DNA of 64,000 nucleotides from an uncultured delta proteobacterium (GTDB taxonomy: Bacteria; Desulfobacterota; Desulfobaccia; Desulfobaccales; Desulfobaccaceae), in NCBI GenBank assembly GCA_963777875.1, contig CAVZSK010000022.1, positions 119,353 through 183,352 on the forward strand, given 5' to 3'. The notes under the pieces were generated by a model that worked only from the letters and a program-made list of their open reading frames with translations, had not been told where the DNA came from and did not search any database. The first letter of the stretch is position 1, and every line of letters begins with the position of its first letter. This document shows positions 19,843 through 32,982 of this stretch, piece after piece. The position numbers were made by a program, and so were the translations under genes.

Positions 19843-20301
19843 TGTTGCACCACCAGTTGTTGTTCTTCCGGGACCACTGTCTCCGGATGGACATTTCGGG
19901 TTCAAGGGATTGGGTCCCAGCGCTTTTATTTTTTCCGTCATTTCTTTCACTGCGGCCACCCATTTGGGGGCGTCGGAGGCCGCGATCTCATACATGGCCA
20001 GGCGTTCGGCGCCCAGGCCGCATTCATCCAGTAAGTGCTGGGCATATTCCACACGTTCGTGAGCTCTCAGATTTCCTTCCAGGAAATGACAGGTCCCGGA
20101 TTCTCAGCCGCCCACGAAGATGCCATCGGCACCGGCCTCAAAGCCCTTTAAGATGTGGATAATGTCAATACGTCCGGTGCACAGGTACTTGACGATCCGC
20201 ACGTTGTCCGGATACTGCATGCGGGCCGAGCCGGCCATATCCGCGGCCGTGTAGGTGCAGTAGGTGCACAACAGGGCCAGTATCTTGGGGGAAAATTCCA
20301 T
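19839..20301 (-). CDS. mvhD: MvhD/FlpD hydrogenase delta subunit, selenocysteine-containing (UGA at 20104-20106)
   Basis: LLCTYCTYTAAD, LCTGRID, then GADGIFVGG-UGA-ESGTCHFLEGN in frame with the downstream ORF; UGA occupies the conserved Cys of GADGV.v.GC...CH; SECIS-like hairpin follows. The 3' end is inferred from a likely indel. Confidence 0.9.
20071..20087 (-). promoter_or_regulatory. Bacterial SECIS-like hairpin of mvhD
   Basis: mRNA AUUUCCU-GGA-AGGAAAU: 7-bp stem, loop starts with G at nt 24 after the UGA. Confidence 0.7.
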
Positions 20302-20320
20302 TATTGCTCCTCAGCCTACA

Positions 20321-20351
20321 AGGCGGGATGCGCTTCGCTTTCCCGCCCTAC
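20321..20351 (-). repeat. REP-like palindrome (GTAG family)
   Basis: Reverse complement GTAGGGCGGGAAAGCGAAGCGCATCCCGCCT, between hdrL and mvhD. Confidence 0.75.
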
Positions 20352-20364
20352 GGAATTTAGTTAA

Positions 20365-23300
20365 TTAATGGAGGCCTGCTTCGGGCCAGGGTTCGCCGAT
20401 GGCGGTTATTTTGGCAATGAATTGCTCATCCAGGTTGTGGTTTACCGAAATAGCCTTGCGGGGGCAGGCGCTGGCGCAGTTGCCGCATCCCTGGCAGGCT
20501 GCGGGGTCGATGACCACCACGCCTTCGCTTTCGTCCATCCGGGGAACGCCGTAAGGACAGGTGCGCAGGCAGGTCAGGCAGGCGACGCACTGTAACGGGT
20601 TCACCTGGGCCACCGACCCGGCCACATACATTTCTTTCTGAGACAGGATCCCCAGGGCTCGGCCGGCCGCCCCCTGGGCCTGGGCCAGGCTCTCTTCCAG
20701 GAACTTGGGACTATGGGCCAGACCGCAGAGGAAGACGCCGCTGGAGGCGAAATCCAGGGGCCGCAGTTTCAGATGGGCCTCCATGAAAAAGCCGTCCGCG
20801 TCAAAGGGCAGCTTGAAGACCTTGGCGATTTCCCGGCTCATGGGATGGGACCTGATGGCGGTGGACAGGACCAGATAATCGGCTGTCAGGGCCAGATCAG
20901 CCTGGAGCGACTGGTCAAAGACCGATATCCTGAGGCCCTGGTCGGTGGACTCCACCTCCGGTTTGCGCTCCAGAGCGAAGCGGACGAACTGCACCCCCAG
21001 GTCCCGGGCTTTTTTGTAGTAAATTTCCTTGAGACCGTAGGTCCGGATATCCCGGTAAAGGATAAAGACCTGGGCGGCCGGATTACTTTCTTTGATGGTT
21101 ATGGCATTTTTGATGGCCTCGCCGCAGCAGGTGCGGCTGCAATACTGGTACCCGGTTCCCGGGAGCCGACGCATTGGATCATGACAACCTTGGGCGTGGC
21201 GCCCAGGGACTCGGGTTGTTCGGCCAGCAGGTTCTCCATGTCCGTTTGGGTGAGGACCCGGGGACTCTGGCCATAGAGGTATTCCTGGGGTTGGTATTCC
21301 ATGCCGCCGGTGGCAACCACTACGGCCCCGTAATCCACCTCCCGGCGGCCATCGGGTGAATCCAGGGTGCTGTGGAATTTGCCGATATGGCCGGAGACAT
21401 TCAGGACCCGGGTGTTGGGCCACCAGTCGATCTCGGGGTGGGTTTCCACCCGGCGGACGAGTTCGGCAAGATACGCTTGAATGTCATGGCCTTCCAGGGT
21501 GCGGCGCATCTGCCGGGCCAGGCTGCCGGCCAGACGGTCCTGGGCTTCGGTGAGGTAGACATGGAAACCGCTGTCGGCGATGGTCAGGGCGGCACGTCAG
21601 GCCGGCCAGGCCGCCGCCCACGACCAGGGCTTTTTGACTTACCGGGAAGAGCTGGTCGTCCAGGGATTTGAGAATCGCGGCCCGGGCCACGGACATCTGC
21701 ACCAGTTCCTTGGCCTTTTCGGTGGCCATGGCCGGCGACCCCTGGTGGACCCAGGAGTCCTGGTCCCGGATATTGGCCATTTCAAACAAGTACTTGTTCA
21801 ACCCGGCCTTGCGCAGATTTTCCTGGAACAGGGGCTCGTGGGTCCGGGGGCTACAGGAGGCCACCACGACCCGGTTCAGGTTTTCCCTCTCAATTACCTC
21901 CCGCATGTTGTCCAGAGAATCTGTGGCGCAGGTGAAGGTATAGTGATCGGCGTAGACCACATGAGGGAGGGTGCGGACATAATCGGTCACTGCCGGGCAC
22001 ATCCACTATGGCGCCAATGTTGATGCCGCAGTGGCAGACAAAGACGCCGATGCGGGGCTCCTGGCCACTGACCTCCTGTTCCGGGGGATATTCCTGTTTG
22101 GTAAGCAGGGTGCCCCGGGCTTCGGCGAGCAAGGCCGAGGCGGCCCCGGCGGCGCCGGAGGCCTGGCCGACGGTCTCCGGGATATCTTTGGGAGACTGGA
22201 AGACCCCGCAGGTGAACATTCCCGGCCGGGAGGTGGACACCTGTTCCAGGGGCGGGCTGACGACAAAGCCCCAGCGGTCTGTGTCAATGCCGCAGTTGGC
22301 CGCCAGTTCCTTGGTGGCCGGATGGGGGTTCAGGCCGACAGAGAGCACCACCAGATCAAAGATTTCGGTTTGCACCTGGCCGGATTCGTCGACGTAACTG
22401 AGTTCCAAATTTTTGGTAAGGGGGTCTTGGGCTACCCGGGAAACCATGCCCCGGACATAGCGAATCCCGTGGTCGGTCTTGGCCCGCTCGCAGTAGCGGT
22501 CGAAACCCTTGCCCTGGGCCCGCAGGTCGATGTAGAAGATAGTGGACTCGATATTGTGGTCATGCTCCTGGGCGATGATGGCCTGTTTGCTGGCATACAT
22601 GCAGCAGACATAGGAGCAATATTCCCGGCCGCAGGAGGCGTCCCGGGAGCCGACGCACTGGATCCAGGCCACCCGGCGGGGCGGCGTGCCGTCGCCGGGC
22701 CGGAGCACGTGGCCGTCATACGGACCGGTGGCAGACAGGAAGCGTTCGAACTGTAATGAGGTGACGACGTTGGGGTAGCGGCCCCAGCCATATTCAGGCT
22801 TCTGCCCGGCGTCGAAGGGCCGGAAGCCCGGAGCCAGGATCATGGCCCCCACCTCGAGCTGCCGGGTGCCGGGCTGCATGGTGTGGTCAATGGCCCCGGC
22901 CTGGCAGGCGATGACGCACTGCATGCATTCGGAGCAGCCGCCGCAATTGAGGCAGCGGTCTGCTTCGGCCATGGCCGCGGCTTCGGGATAGCCCTGATTG
23001 ATTTCGTCAAATCCCTTGATCCATTGGGCCTTGGGCAACTCGGGCATTACGGCCCGGGGCTTGAGGGCGGCGTTTTTGGGCACCGGCGTCCAGTTGCCTG
23101 TTTCCAGGGGAACGGGACGCAAGGGGAGCTCCCGGTCGGCTTGCAAATCCTGGCCATTGACATAACGGTCGATGGAGATTGCGGCCTCCCGGCCGGCGGC
23201 CACTGCGGCGATGGCGATATAGGGACCGGAGACGACATCGCCGCCGGCAAACACGCCTTCCCGGCTGGTGGCCAGGGTTACCGGGTCCGTCTCGATGAGG

Positions 23301-24837
23301 CCCCGGGGGGTGAGGTTGATGCCGTCAGCTTCGGTGATAAAGGAGAGGTTGGTCTTCTGACCGATAGCCATGATCACGACATCGGTATCAAGGGTTTGGG
23401 TTTTATTTTCCAGGTAGGTGGGAGCGAAACGGCCCTGGTCATCAAAGACCCGTTCCACGGCCCTGAGTTCCAGGCCGCTGACCTGACCGTCCCTGGCCAC
23501 AATCTGCTTGACGCCCCAGCGATGGATGATCTGACACCTTCGGCCTCGGCTTCAGCCACTTCCCAGGACGAAGCCGGCATCTCTTCCCGGGTTTCCAGGG
23601 CGATCAGGGTTACCTGGCCCCCCTGGCGCCGGGCAGTCCGGGCCACGTCCATGGCCACGTTGCCGCCGCCGATGACAGTTACTTTTTTGCCCTTAAAATC
23701 GAAGGTCTGGCCGGACGCCGATTCTTTTAGGTACTCGACGCCCCAGAGGACACCCTGGGCCTCGGCTCCTGGCACTGGCAGGCGGATGGAATCCTGGGCT
23801 CCGACGCCCAGGAAAACGGCCTGGAAGCCTCCCTTGGTGAGCAGATCGTGAATGCTGCCGCGATCGCCGCCGAGGGGAGTATTATAGCGAATCTCCACCC
23901 CCAGGCGCTGGATATAATCCACTTCCCGTTGCAGGACTTCCCGGGGCAGGCGGTAGGCGGGAATGCCGTAGCGCAGCCAACCGCCGGCTTCGGCTGCGGC
24001 TTCGAAGATCACCGCTTTATAGCCCTTGAGGGCCAGATGATAGGCGCAGCTTAAACCGGAAGGCCCGGCCCCGATGATGGCCACGGTCTCGGGCCGCTTA
24101 GGCACCTCGGGCACCGGTAGTGCCGTCCAGTCCACGGCATCGGCCACAAACCGTTTCAGGTTGCAGATGGCTATGGGCTCGTCCACTTCCTGGCGCCGGC
24201 AATCGGTTTCGCAGGGATGGGGACAGATGCGGCCGATGGTGCCGGGGAGGGGCAGCCGGTCCATAATGAGGGAGAGGGCCTCGGGAAATTTTCCCGCCTT
24301 GATGAGCTGGACGTAGCCCTGGACACTGAGATTGGCAGGGCAGCCCCGCACACAGGGGGCCCGGTCCAGCTTCTTAATGGCATAATAGGCCGGAATCGCC
24401 TGGGGGAAGTGCCGGAAGGCGGCATGGCGCGCGCCCAGACCTTCATCGAAGGTGGACGGCAGCAACACGGGGCAGGCTTCGGAACAGGCCCCGCAGGCGT
24501 TGCATTTGGCCATATCAATATAGCGGGGCTCCTGGCGGAGGGAGATGGTGAAATGACCCGCCTCACCCTCCACCTGGGCAACCTCTGACTGGGTGACGAT
24601 CTCGATGTCCGGGTGCCGGGCCACCTCGATGAGTTTAGGGGAGATCAAACAGGTGGAGCAGTCGTTGGTGGGAAAGGTCTTGTCCAACTGGGCCATCACC
24701 CCGCCGATGGAGATGTCTTTCTCCACCAGGTAGACCTTGAAACCCGCATTCGCTGCGTCCAGGGAGGCCTGCATACCGGCGATGCCGCCCCCCACCACCA
24801 TAATCGCGCCGATTTTTGTCTTATCGCTGGTCATCAT
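20365..24837 (-). CDS. hdrA: HdrL-type large HdrA: HdrA FAD/FeS domains with an inserted GltD-like NAD(P)H-binding module, about 1490 aa (at least 4 frameshifts)
   Basis: VVGGGIAG..LDKTFPTNDC; APC..GCPA, GRICPHPCE..CRR, IIGAGPSG, VIGGGNVAMD; IQCVGSRD..CSYVCCMYA; VFVCHCG.NI; CSPRTHEPLF; YCSRTCC; C-terminal ferredoxin. Confidence 0.9.
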
Positions 24838-25026
24838 ATCTTTTCGTCTTTAGTTGGCGTTGTTAAAGTTTCGTGTTTCAATAAAAAAATTAACTTAATC
24901 TTCGTCTTTCTGACATTCCTTGAAATTAATTCCTTTTCTTTCAATCTCGAAACGACAAACTGGAAACTCGAAACTATGTTTGGCCTTGGTATCCGGTCGG
25001 GGAATCGATACCCGACTTCCCCATCA

Positions 25027-25871
25027 TCACAGCAGGCCTTTGGTGCGGAGCAAAGGCCTTGGGTCCACTAAATGCCGGGCCAGCCAGCCACGCCGCCTCC
25101 GGATGTCCCAGGGCCAGGCCGATCAGCTCGGTGAAATAGAACACCGGCAGGTAATAAGTCTTGCCGGACTTCTTGGCGATGCGCCCCTGGGAGAGGTCCA
25201 GGTTCGCCTGGCACATCTGACAGGCGACCACAAAACACTCCGCCCCGCGCCGCCAGGGCCCGGTCGTAAAGGCGGCCTACCAGGGTGTCGATGAGATCCG
25301 GCCGGGACATGGCCAGACCGGCGCCGCAGCAGTCCGTTTTATAGGACCAGTCCAGGGGTTCGGCCTGTAGGACCTGGAGCAGGTGCTCCAGATCTTCAGG
25401 GTTTTCATAATCCGCCTTATCCGTGACGTCCGGGGGCCGGGAGGCCAGGCAGCCGTAATAGCCCACCGCCTTCAGCCCAAAAAGAGGCCGCACGGTTTTC
25501 TTCCGCACAACGTCCAGAAATGACTTCTGGGTGAGAAATTCCAGCAGATCCCAGACCTTGCCCCCGTTTGCAGGAGCGGCTGCCTGGACCGGGCGCGGCT
25601 CGGCTTTTTCCGCGGCCTTGAGCCGGTTAAAGCACAGAGCGCAGGGGACCACCAGGTCCAGTCCGGTTTTCCGGGCCAGGGCCAGGTTCCGGGCCGGCAG
25701 CTCCAAAGATAGTTGATGATTAATGCTGTGAGCCGCACTGGCGCCACAGCAGTTCCAATCCTCCAGTTCCGCCAGCTCCACGTCCATAAGAGGGGTAATG
25801 GCGGCAATGGAGGCGGCGTAATCAGCGGCCGTGCCTTCCAGGGAACAGCCCGGGTAATAGGATACCTTCAT
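25027..25871 (-). CDS. hdrB: Heterodisulfide reductase subunit B (frameshifts near 25245 and 25090)
   Basis: YYPGCSL, DWNCCGA, PCALC, YYGCL, DCCGA, VACQMCQANLD CCG motifs. Confidence 0.92.
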
Positions 25872-25880
25872 ATGAATGCC

Positions 25881-26510
25881 TTAAGCCCCCGTACGTTTAT
25901 AGATTAGATCAATCTCGTCCCGCCCTTTGAGGGCCGGAGGGCCAACCGGGCGCAAGCGGCCTCGTTTGAAGAGGGCCCAGCCCAACTTGGCATTTTCCCA
26001 GAGTTCCTTGATATCCGGTTGCCGCCGCAGTTTAAAAAGCGTAAAGCGGCGCATCAAGGCCACTTCCGGCAAGCGGCCGCCGGCCCGGCGGAGACTGTCC
26101 AGGAAGATACGCTGGAAGGCCGCCACCTCCGGCTGGTCAATGGCTTTGCCCTGCCGGATGGCCTCTTCTTTGAGCCAGTCCATAACCCCGGCAATATCAA
26201 TGTCGTTGGGACAGCGGGTGGTACAGGTGACGCACGAGGCGCAGACCCAGATGGTTCGGCAGCCCAGAAGCGCTTCCGTCTGACCCAGGCCGGCCAGGCG
26301 GATGACGCGGTCCGGGAGCAGGTCCATGGCAAAGGTCAAGGGACAACCCGCGGAACACTTTTTACATTGGTAACAGGCGGAAACTGAAATGGCGGCTTCT
26401 TTGGCCAGACGCTCCGGCAAGGAAAATGTCGGAACAAGAGGTTGGTTAAGAGTGCTTTCCATAAAGACCGGCTCCTGATGATCAATTGGCTGGTTTTTTA
26501 CATCACCCAT
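25881..26510 (-). CDS. hdrC: Heterodisulfide reductase subunit C
   Basis: CYQCKKCSAGCP and IWVCASCVTCTTRCP; the start may be ATG 26462. Confidence 0.92.
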   Translation of the reverse strand: MGDVKNQPIDHQEPVFMESTLNQPLVPTFSLPERLAKEAAISVSACYQCKKCSAGCPLTFAMDLLPDRVIRLAGLGQTEALLGCRTIWVCASCVTCTTRCPNDIDIAGVMDWLKEEAIRQGKAIDQPEVAAFQRIFLDSLRRAGGRLPEVALMRRFTLFKLRRQPDIKELWENAKLGWALFKRGRLRPVGPPALKGRDEIDLIYKRTGA

Positions 26511-26673
26511 GCCATAGCTTAAACAATCCTGATATTTGGCAACCTATATAACATTGGTTCATAAATCAAGGGAAATCTAATAACTGCCGGGAAATACCAC
26601 AAGCATTATTTAAATTTATATAACACATTAATATTATTTTTTATTTATGTTGTAATACAGATGCCTGACCTCT

Positions 26674-27118
26674 CTATATCGAGACAGGCTGCACCTTGAC
26701 TTCCGAGACCAGCTTGGCGCTGGCGATCAAAGCTTTATTGATGGCCGCCTTGATCTCATCATCGGTAAAGGGTTTTTCCAGATAGTCGCAGGCCCCCAAC
26801 TTCATGGCTTCCACCGCCGAGGCCACCGTGGAATAACCGGTAATGACGATGACCCCGATTTCGGGGGCGCTGCTGTCTCACCTCTTTGATGACTTCCAGG
26901 CCGTCAATATCCGGAAGAAGCAGGTCGGCCAGCATCAGGTCATAAGATTTCCGGCGGCACAACTCCAGGGCCCGCTTACCGGTTTCGGCCCAATCCACTT
27001 CATAGCCTGCTTCGCTGAGCACCAGCTTCAAACCTTTGGCCACATTGACCTCATCTTCCATTAACAATATCTGGGGCAGCTGATTCCCCTGCTGCTGGGG
27101 CGTTGTTGACAAGCACAC
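26674..27118 (-). CDS. Response regulator receiver protein (frameshift near 26865)
   Basis: ILLMEDE, DLMLADLLLPDIDG; after the shift IVITGYSTVASAVEAMKLGACDYLEKPF...*. Confidence 0.85.
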
Positions 27119-27162
27119 ATCGCCTTACCTCCTGTAAGGAATGAACTTAACTTTCCGTTACT

Positions 27163-27178
27163 TGCAAGCCCCATGCCT
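27163..27178 (-). promoter_or_regulatory. Sigma-54 promoter of the receiver gene (possibly also of the hdr cluster)
   Basis: Minus strand AGGCATGGGGCTTGCA (GG-N10-GC), about 45 nt upstream of the start, downstream of an AT-rich region. Confidence 0.65.
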
Positions 27179-27966
27179 GGCCTAAAATTCACCTAGGAGA
27201 TATTAATTCAAGTTAAATACAAATGGTTAAAAAAAGACCGGTTCCCAAAATCGTATATTTATTTATACTAAAATATTGGTCCCATAAAAAATTTAATAAT
27301 TATATTTAAAAGTTATGAGTGTATAATAAAATATCTATCAATACGGTGTCTTCGATCATCTGCTCCGGCAACCATCCTGTCTGTCCGGGGACCCTTCGTA
27401 GCTTACGAACCAGGGGGCTGCGTCGCTTAGGCCAGGATATCGTGGCATTTTACAGAGAACCCCAAGGCCTTCAATGACCCCATGGAACTCTACCTCGGTA
27501 AGAAGAAGACATTTCGTTTGGAAGCGGCTATAATTGAGATCTCTGCGAAAAGTAAAAATCTGGCCTCTGCGGTCGTTTGGGTCCCTCAAAATGACAGTTT
27601 CCCTTACTTTTTCAGAGTTCTTACAGGCAAAGTTGGATGAATCATTATTTTCTGGAGCACTAAGGAGTGGCACAACTATGGCTTGCGCGGTGATTGTACA
27701 GGCGGCATAACGGCGTTCAGTCCTATCTTAGTCTTGGACGACAACCCCCGGGAGATGCTGCGGCACGTGGGCTTTATTAAGGAGTTTTCGGTAAGGACGT
27801 GGGGAGGATCAGTGGAAGCTGACGAGGCCCGGGAGGAATGGGCCGAAATGTTGGGGGAAGATCCCTTTGACGGGACCTACGGGATTATCGATTCGGACAA
27901 TTGGGAATTTACCTCCGATGCCCCCCTGTGGGCCGCGTGTATTCAGGACCAGGGTTAGGATAGCCC

Positions 27967-27996
27967 GTAAGGCGGGAAAGCAAAGCGCCTCCGCCT
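27967..27996 (+). repeat. REP-like palindrome
   Basis: GTAAGGCGGGAAAGCAAAGCGCCTCCGCCT. Confidence 0.6.
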
Positions 27997-28035
27997 TCCG
28001 GCCTTTTGGCAGTAGATGGCAGAAGAACACCTGGG

Positions 28036-29263
28036 CTACTCGGCATTAAGAAAAACATGGGCAAACACCTGGCAGTCGCCGATAAGGTGATTGATATTGA
28101 CGTATTCGTTGGGCTGGTGCGCCGTGAATTCATCGGTCATCCAGACCGCCGCGGGCAGGCCCAGGCGCCGGAAAAAGGCCGCCACGGTGCCGCCGCCGAT
28201 GCCCCGGGGTTCGGCCCGGCGCTGATACACTGCCTGGACGGCCTGGGTTAGAGCCCGGACCACGGGGGCGTCTGCGGGCGTGGCGGGCGGGCTCTGGGCC
28301 TCCTGTACCGAGGTCACGAGAATGGTCACCCCAAATCGTCTTTCTATCTCCCCTGCGATCTCTTTGACCTTGGCGATGACCAGCCCCAGGTCGTATTCGG
28401 GCAGCACCCGGCAATCCAGGTAAAAGACCCCCAGTCCGGGAATGGTATTGATATTTTGGACATTGGCCTCTTTTTTGGTGGGCTCGAAGGTGCTGTGGGG
28501 CGGGTCAAAAAATGGGTCCACGGCCGAAAATTCCTGGGCCAGGGCCTCCAGGGCCACGATGAAATGGGCGGTGGCCGTCAGGGTGTTAACGCCTAGACCC
28601 TGGTTTGCTGGCGTGGCATTGCTTGCCCTGAATTTCCAGGCGCAGCCACAGCATGCTTTTTTCGGCGATTTCGATGAGGGTGCCCTCGGCGTTGCCCGCG
28701 TCAGGCACGATGATCAGGTCCTCGGGGCGAGAACAACTCCCGGTGGTGGGCCAGGAGATACGCCAATCCTTTCTGGCTGCCGGTTTCCTCGTCGGCGACC
28801 AGGGCCAGGGCAATGGTGCGCGCCGGCGTGATCCCGGCCTCCATGAAAGCCCGGACTGCAAACAACGACGCCACGATGCCGTGGTGGTCGTCCTCCACCC
28901 CCCGTCCGTATAACAGATCCCCGTCCACGTGCAGGAGAAAGGGATCGGTGTTCCAGAGGTTCAACTCCCCCACCGGCACCACGTCCAGGTGACTCAAGAC
29001 CCAGACCTTCTCCGGCCTCTGGCCCGGCAGCAGGGCCACCAGATTGGGCCGCTGCCCCCCGGCCACCCGGTCATCCGGCGCCGGATAATCCGTGACCGTA
29101 AGTCCCAATTTTTCCAGCTCTGCCGCGAGAAAGTCGGCTTTTTCAGCCTCCCCCGGACCGTGATTGTCCGGCCCCACGCCACCCGGCGGACCAGTTCCCG
29201 TTGCAGGTCGATCATGTCTTGCCGGTAGCCGGCGATGAGCTGTTGCAGTGCGGGAAAATACAA
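28036..29263 (-). CDS. M20 family metallohydrolase (DapE/ArgE-like; about 3 frameshifts)
   Basis: [43 protein letters not shown]. Confidence 0.9.
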
Positions 29264-29486
29264 TTTCCTAAGTGTATTGCCTTTTCCTTCATTAAAATCG
29301 CATTCCTCATTAGACTTTTACAAAACCATATCTTCCCTCGGCGTCCTCTGCGTCTCAGGCGGTGAATGCTCTTAATGCCAAGACGAAAAAAGCACCTGAC
29401 GATCAGATACATAATTTCCCCGAAAAGCTTGCCTGGCCCGAAATCCATTCACATAGTATAGTATAAAAAAGAAATTTTGTGAGTAG

Positions 29487-30215
<729 letters not shown>

Positions 30216-30219
<4 letters not shown>

Positions 30220-32775
30220 ACCTCTGGCTGCTCCGCCTGCCCTTCCGCCATCTGCACGAGCACCCCGGCCGCAGTCTCCTGGGGATTCTCAGTATTGCCC
30301 TGGGCACCGCGGTCTATCTCAGCATTGCCCTGGCCTCCACCAGCGCCCTCAAAAGCTTCCAGGCCGGTGTCGCCGCCGTGGCCGGCCAGGCCCAACTGCG
30401 GCTGCAAAGTCCCGGCGCCGCCCTGAACGAGGACCTCTTCCCCGCCGTCCGCCGGCTGCCGGTGGTGAAATACGCCGCCCCCGTGGTGGAAACCATGGTG
30501 GATATCAAGGGGCCGGAATCCCACACCGCCCTGCTCCTGGGCATCGACCCCTTTTCCGAGGCTCCCCTGCGGGATTACCGTTTCTTGTCCGGTTCCGGCC
30601 TGGACCGGGAAGACTTTCTCAAGTTCCTGACCCGGCCGGGGTGGGTCATGCTCAGCGCCCCGCTGGCAACCCGGCTGCACCTCAAGCCCGGCGATACCTT
30701 CACCGCCGCGGTGGGCGCCAAAATCCAGCAGTTACACGTGGCCGGAATTTTCCGCACCCCCGGCGAGCTTTATCCCCTGGACGGGGCTGTCCTGCTCATG
30801 GATGTCGGTCAGGCCCAGGAACTTCTGGACCGGGTCGGGCAAACTGGATTCCATCGACCTCATCGTCCACGGGGATCTGACCGCCGCAGCCGAGCAGGTG
30901 CGCCAGGCCCTGCCGCCGGGAGTGGAAGTCGCCACGCCCGGGGCCCAGGCCCAGTACATGGCCGGCCTGGTGGGGGCCTATCGTCTCAACCTGTCGGTGC
31001 TCAGCGCCATTGCCCTGTTTGTGGGGATGTTCCTCATCTACCAGTCCGTGACCCTCTCCGTGGTCCGCCGGCGCCGGGAGATCGGTCTCCTCCGGACCCT
31101 GGGCATGACCAGGGGCCAGGTCATGCTCCTCTTTCTCCTGGAAGGGGCCTTGAGCGGCGCCCTCGGGGGGCTTTTAGGGCTGGTGCTGGGCGCGGCCCTG
31201 GCCCAGGCGGCCCTCAGTATGGTGGCCCAAAACCTGACCTCTCTGTATCAGCCGGTGCCGGCCGGGGAGATCTGGTTGGGGGGCCGGGTATTTCTCCAGG
31301 CCTGGGGTCTGGCCGTGGCCGCCACCCTCCTGGCCTCCTGGATCCCGGCCCGGGAGGCCTCCCGGACCAGGGTCAGGGCCGTCTGGTATAAAGAGGAGCT
31401 GGAAGAGAAACTGGAAAAGTGGGCCGCCTCCAGTTTTTATCTCGGCCTGGTGGTTCTGGGGCTGGCCGCGGCCGGGGCCTTCGTGAAAGTGGGCCACGGT
31501 ATCCCCTGGCCGGCCTTTGTCTCCGCCTTCCTCATCCTCCTGGGCTTTGCCCTGTTCACGCCCCTGGCCGCCTGGTGGCTGGGCCGCCAGTTTTCCCCCC
31601 TCTTCCGACGCTATTTCGGCTTTGCCGGCGATATGGGCTGCCGCTACCTCTCCGGTTCCCTGAGCCGTCAGCGCCGTCAGCATTGCCGCCCTGTCCACGG
31701 CCCTGGGGCTGGTGATTGCCGTGGTGGCCATGATCGGCTCCTTCCGCCAGACCGTGGACCAATGGGTGCACAAATCCATCAGCGGCGATATCTTTTTCGG
31801 CCCCGCGGTCTTTTCCACCTCCAGCTACGATCAATACCTGCCCCCGGAAATACTCCGGGAGTTGCAGCAGGACCCCCGGATTGCCGACCTCTACCATTAT
31901 CGCTGTGTCCGCCTGCCGTATCGCGACCGGTATATCCTGGTCATCGGCGGCAGTTTCGACGTCCTGGCCCGTCACCGCGGCCTCTGGTTTCGCCAGGGGG
32001 ACTCCCGGGAAACCGTGGCCCGGGCCGGAACTACCGGTCAGGTCCTGGTCACCGAGCCCTTTGCCGAAACCTTCGGGGTCAAAGAAGGGGCGGAGCTCAC
32101 CCTGCCCACTCCCTCCGGGCCTCAAAACCTCCGCATTGCCGGGGTTTTCTATGATTACCGCACCGACGGCACCGCGGTCTGGATGGATATCAACCTGTTC
32201 CGGAAATTCTGGCAGGACGACCACATCAACGCCGTCCGGATCTTCCTCAAAGACCCGAGCCAGCTCCAGGAGGTCCAGGCCCACCTGCGGCAGACTATCA
32301 GGACCGCTATCGCCTGGTGGCCCTCTCCCACCAGGATCTCAAAGACGGCATTTTGCGGATTTTCGACGAGACCTTCGCCCTGACCTACGCCCTGGAGGGG
32401 GTAGCAGTGCTGGTGGCGGTCTTCGGCATTATCACTACATTCCTGGTGCTGGTCATGGAGCGGGAACGGGAACTGGCCCTGCTCCAGGCCCTGGGAGCTT
32501 CCCGGGGCCAGATTATGGGTATGGTGCTGGTGGAATCCGGCCTGGCCAGCCTGCTCAGTTATATCTTAGGCGCCCTGTCCGGCTCGGTCCTGGCCCTGCT
32601 GCTGATTCTGGTGATCAACAAACAGGCCTTTGGCTGGACCATTCACCTGTTCCTGGCCCCGGCCGTGTACTGGCAAACCCTGCTCCTGGTGCTGGTCTTG
32701 GGGTTGGCGGCCGGGGCCTATCCGGCCTGGCGGGCCATGCAGCCCCACGTGGCCGCGATTTTAAAAGAGGAATGA
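30216..32775 (+). CDS. FtsX/MacB-like ABC permease with duplicated domains (about 3 frameshifts)
   Basis: RSLLGILSIALG, VVRRRREIGLLRTLG and ERERELALLQALGASRGQI FtsX motifs. Confidence 0.9.
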
Positions 32776-32982
32776 TATTAAAAAAGGAATCCTCTAAATA
32801 ATTGCCATGCCAACAGGAGTACAATACAATATAAACGCTCCGGTGTCACCGGGACCAGAAAGACTGAAAAAGTCTTCATGATTAAAATCAAAACGAAGCA
32901 TAATAACTGAAACGCTCATATAATCTATAGCTCTAGCCTCTAACCTCTGGCCTCTCGTCTTTTTTCAAGGGAGAACGTCATA

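Noticed and set aside
19161-20301. Apparent MvhD-MetV fusion (ORF 19300..20052 reads through)
   Set aside because: Removing one A near 19895 gives NPNVHPETVVPEEQQLVVQQ-TGA, whose stop overlaps the metV ATG (ATGA). An indel artefact is more likely than a fusion.
27356-27958. Two short ORFs (27356..27673 minus, 27683..27958 plus)
   Set aside because: No recognisable motif or convincing start; possibly remnants, and not supportable as genes.
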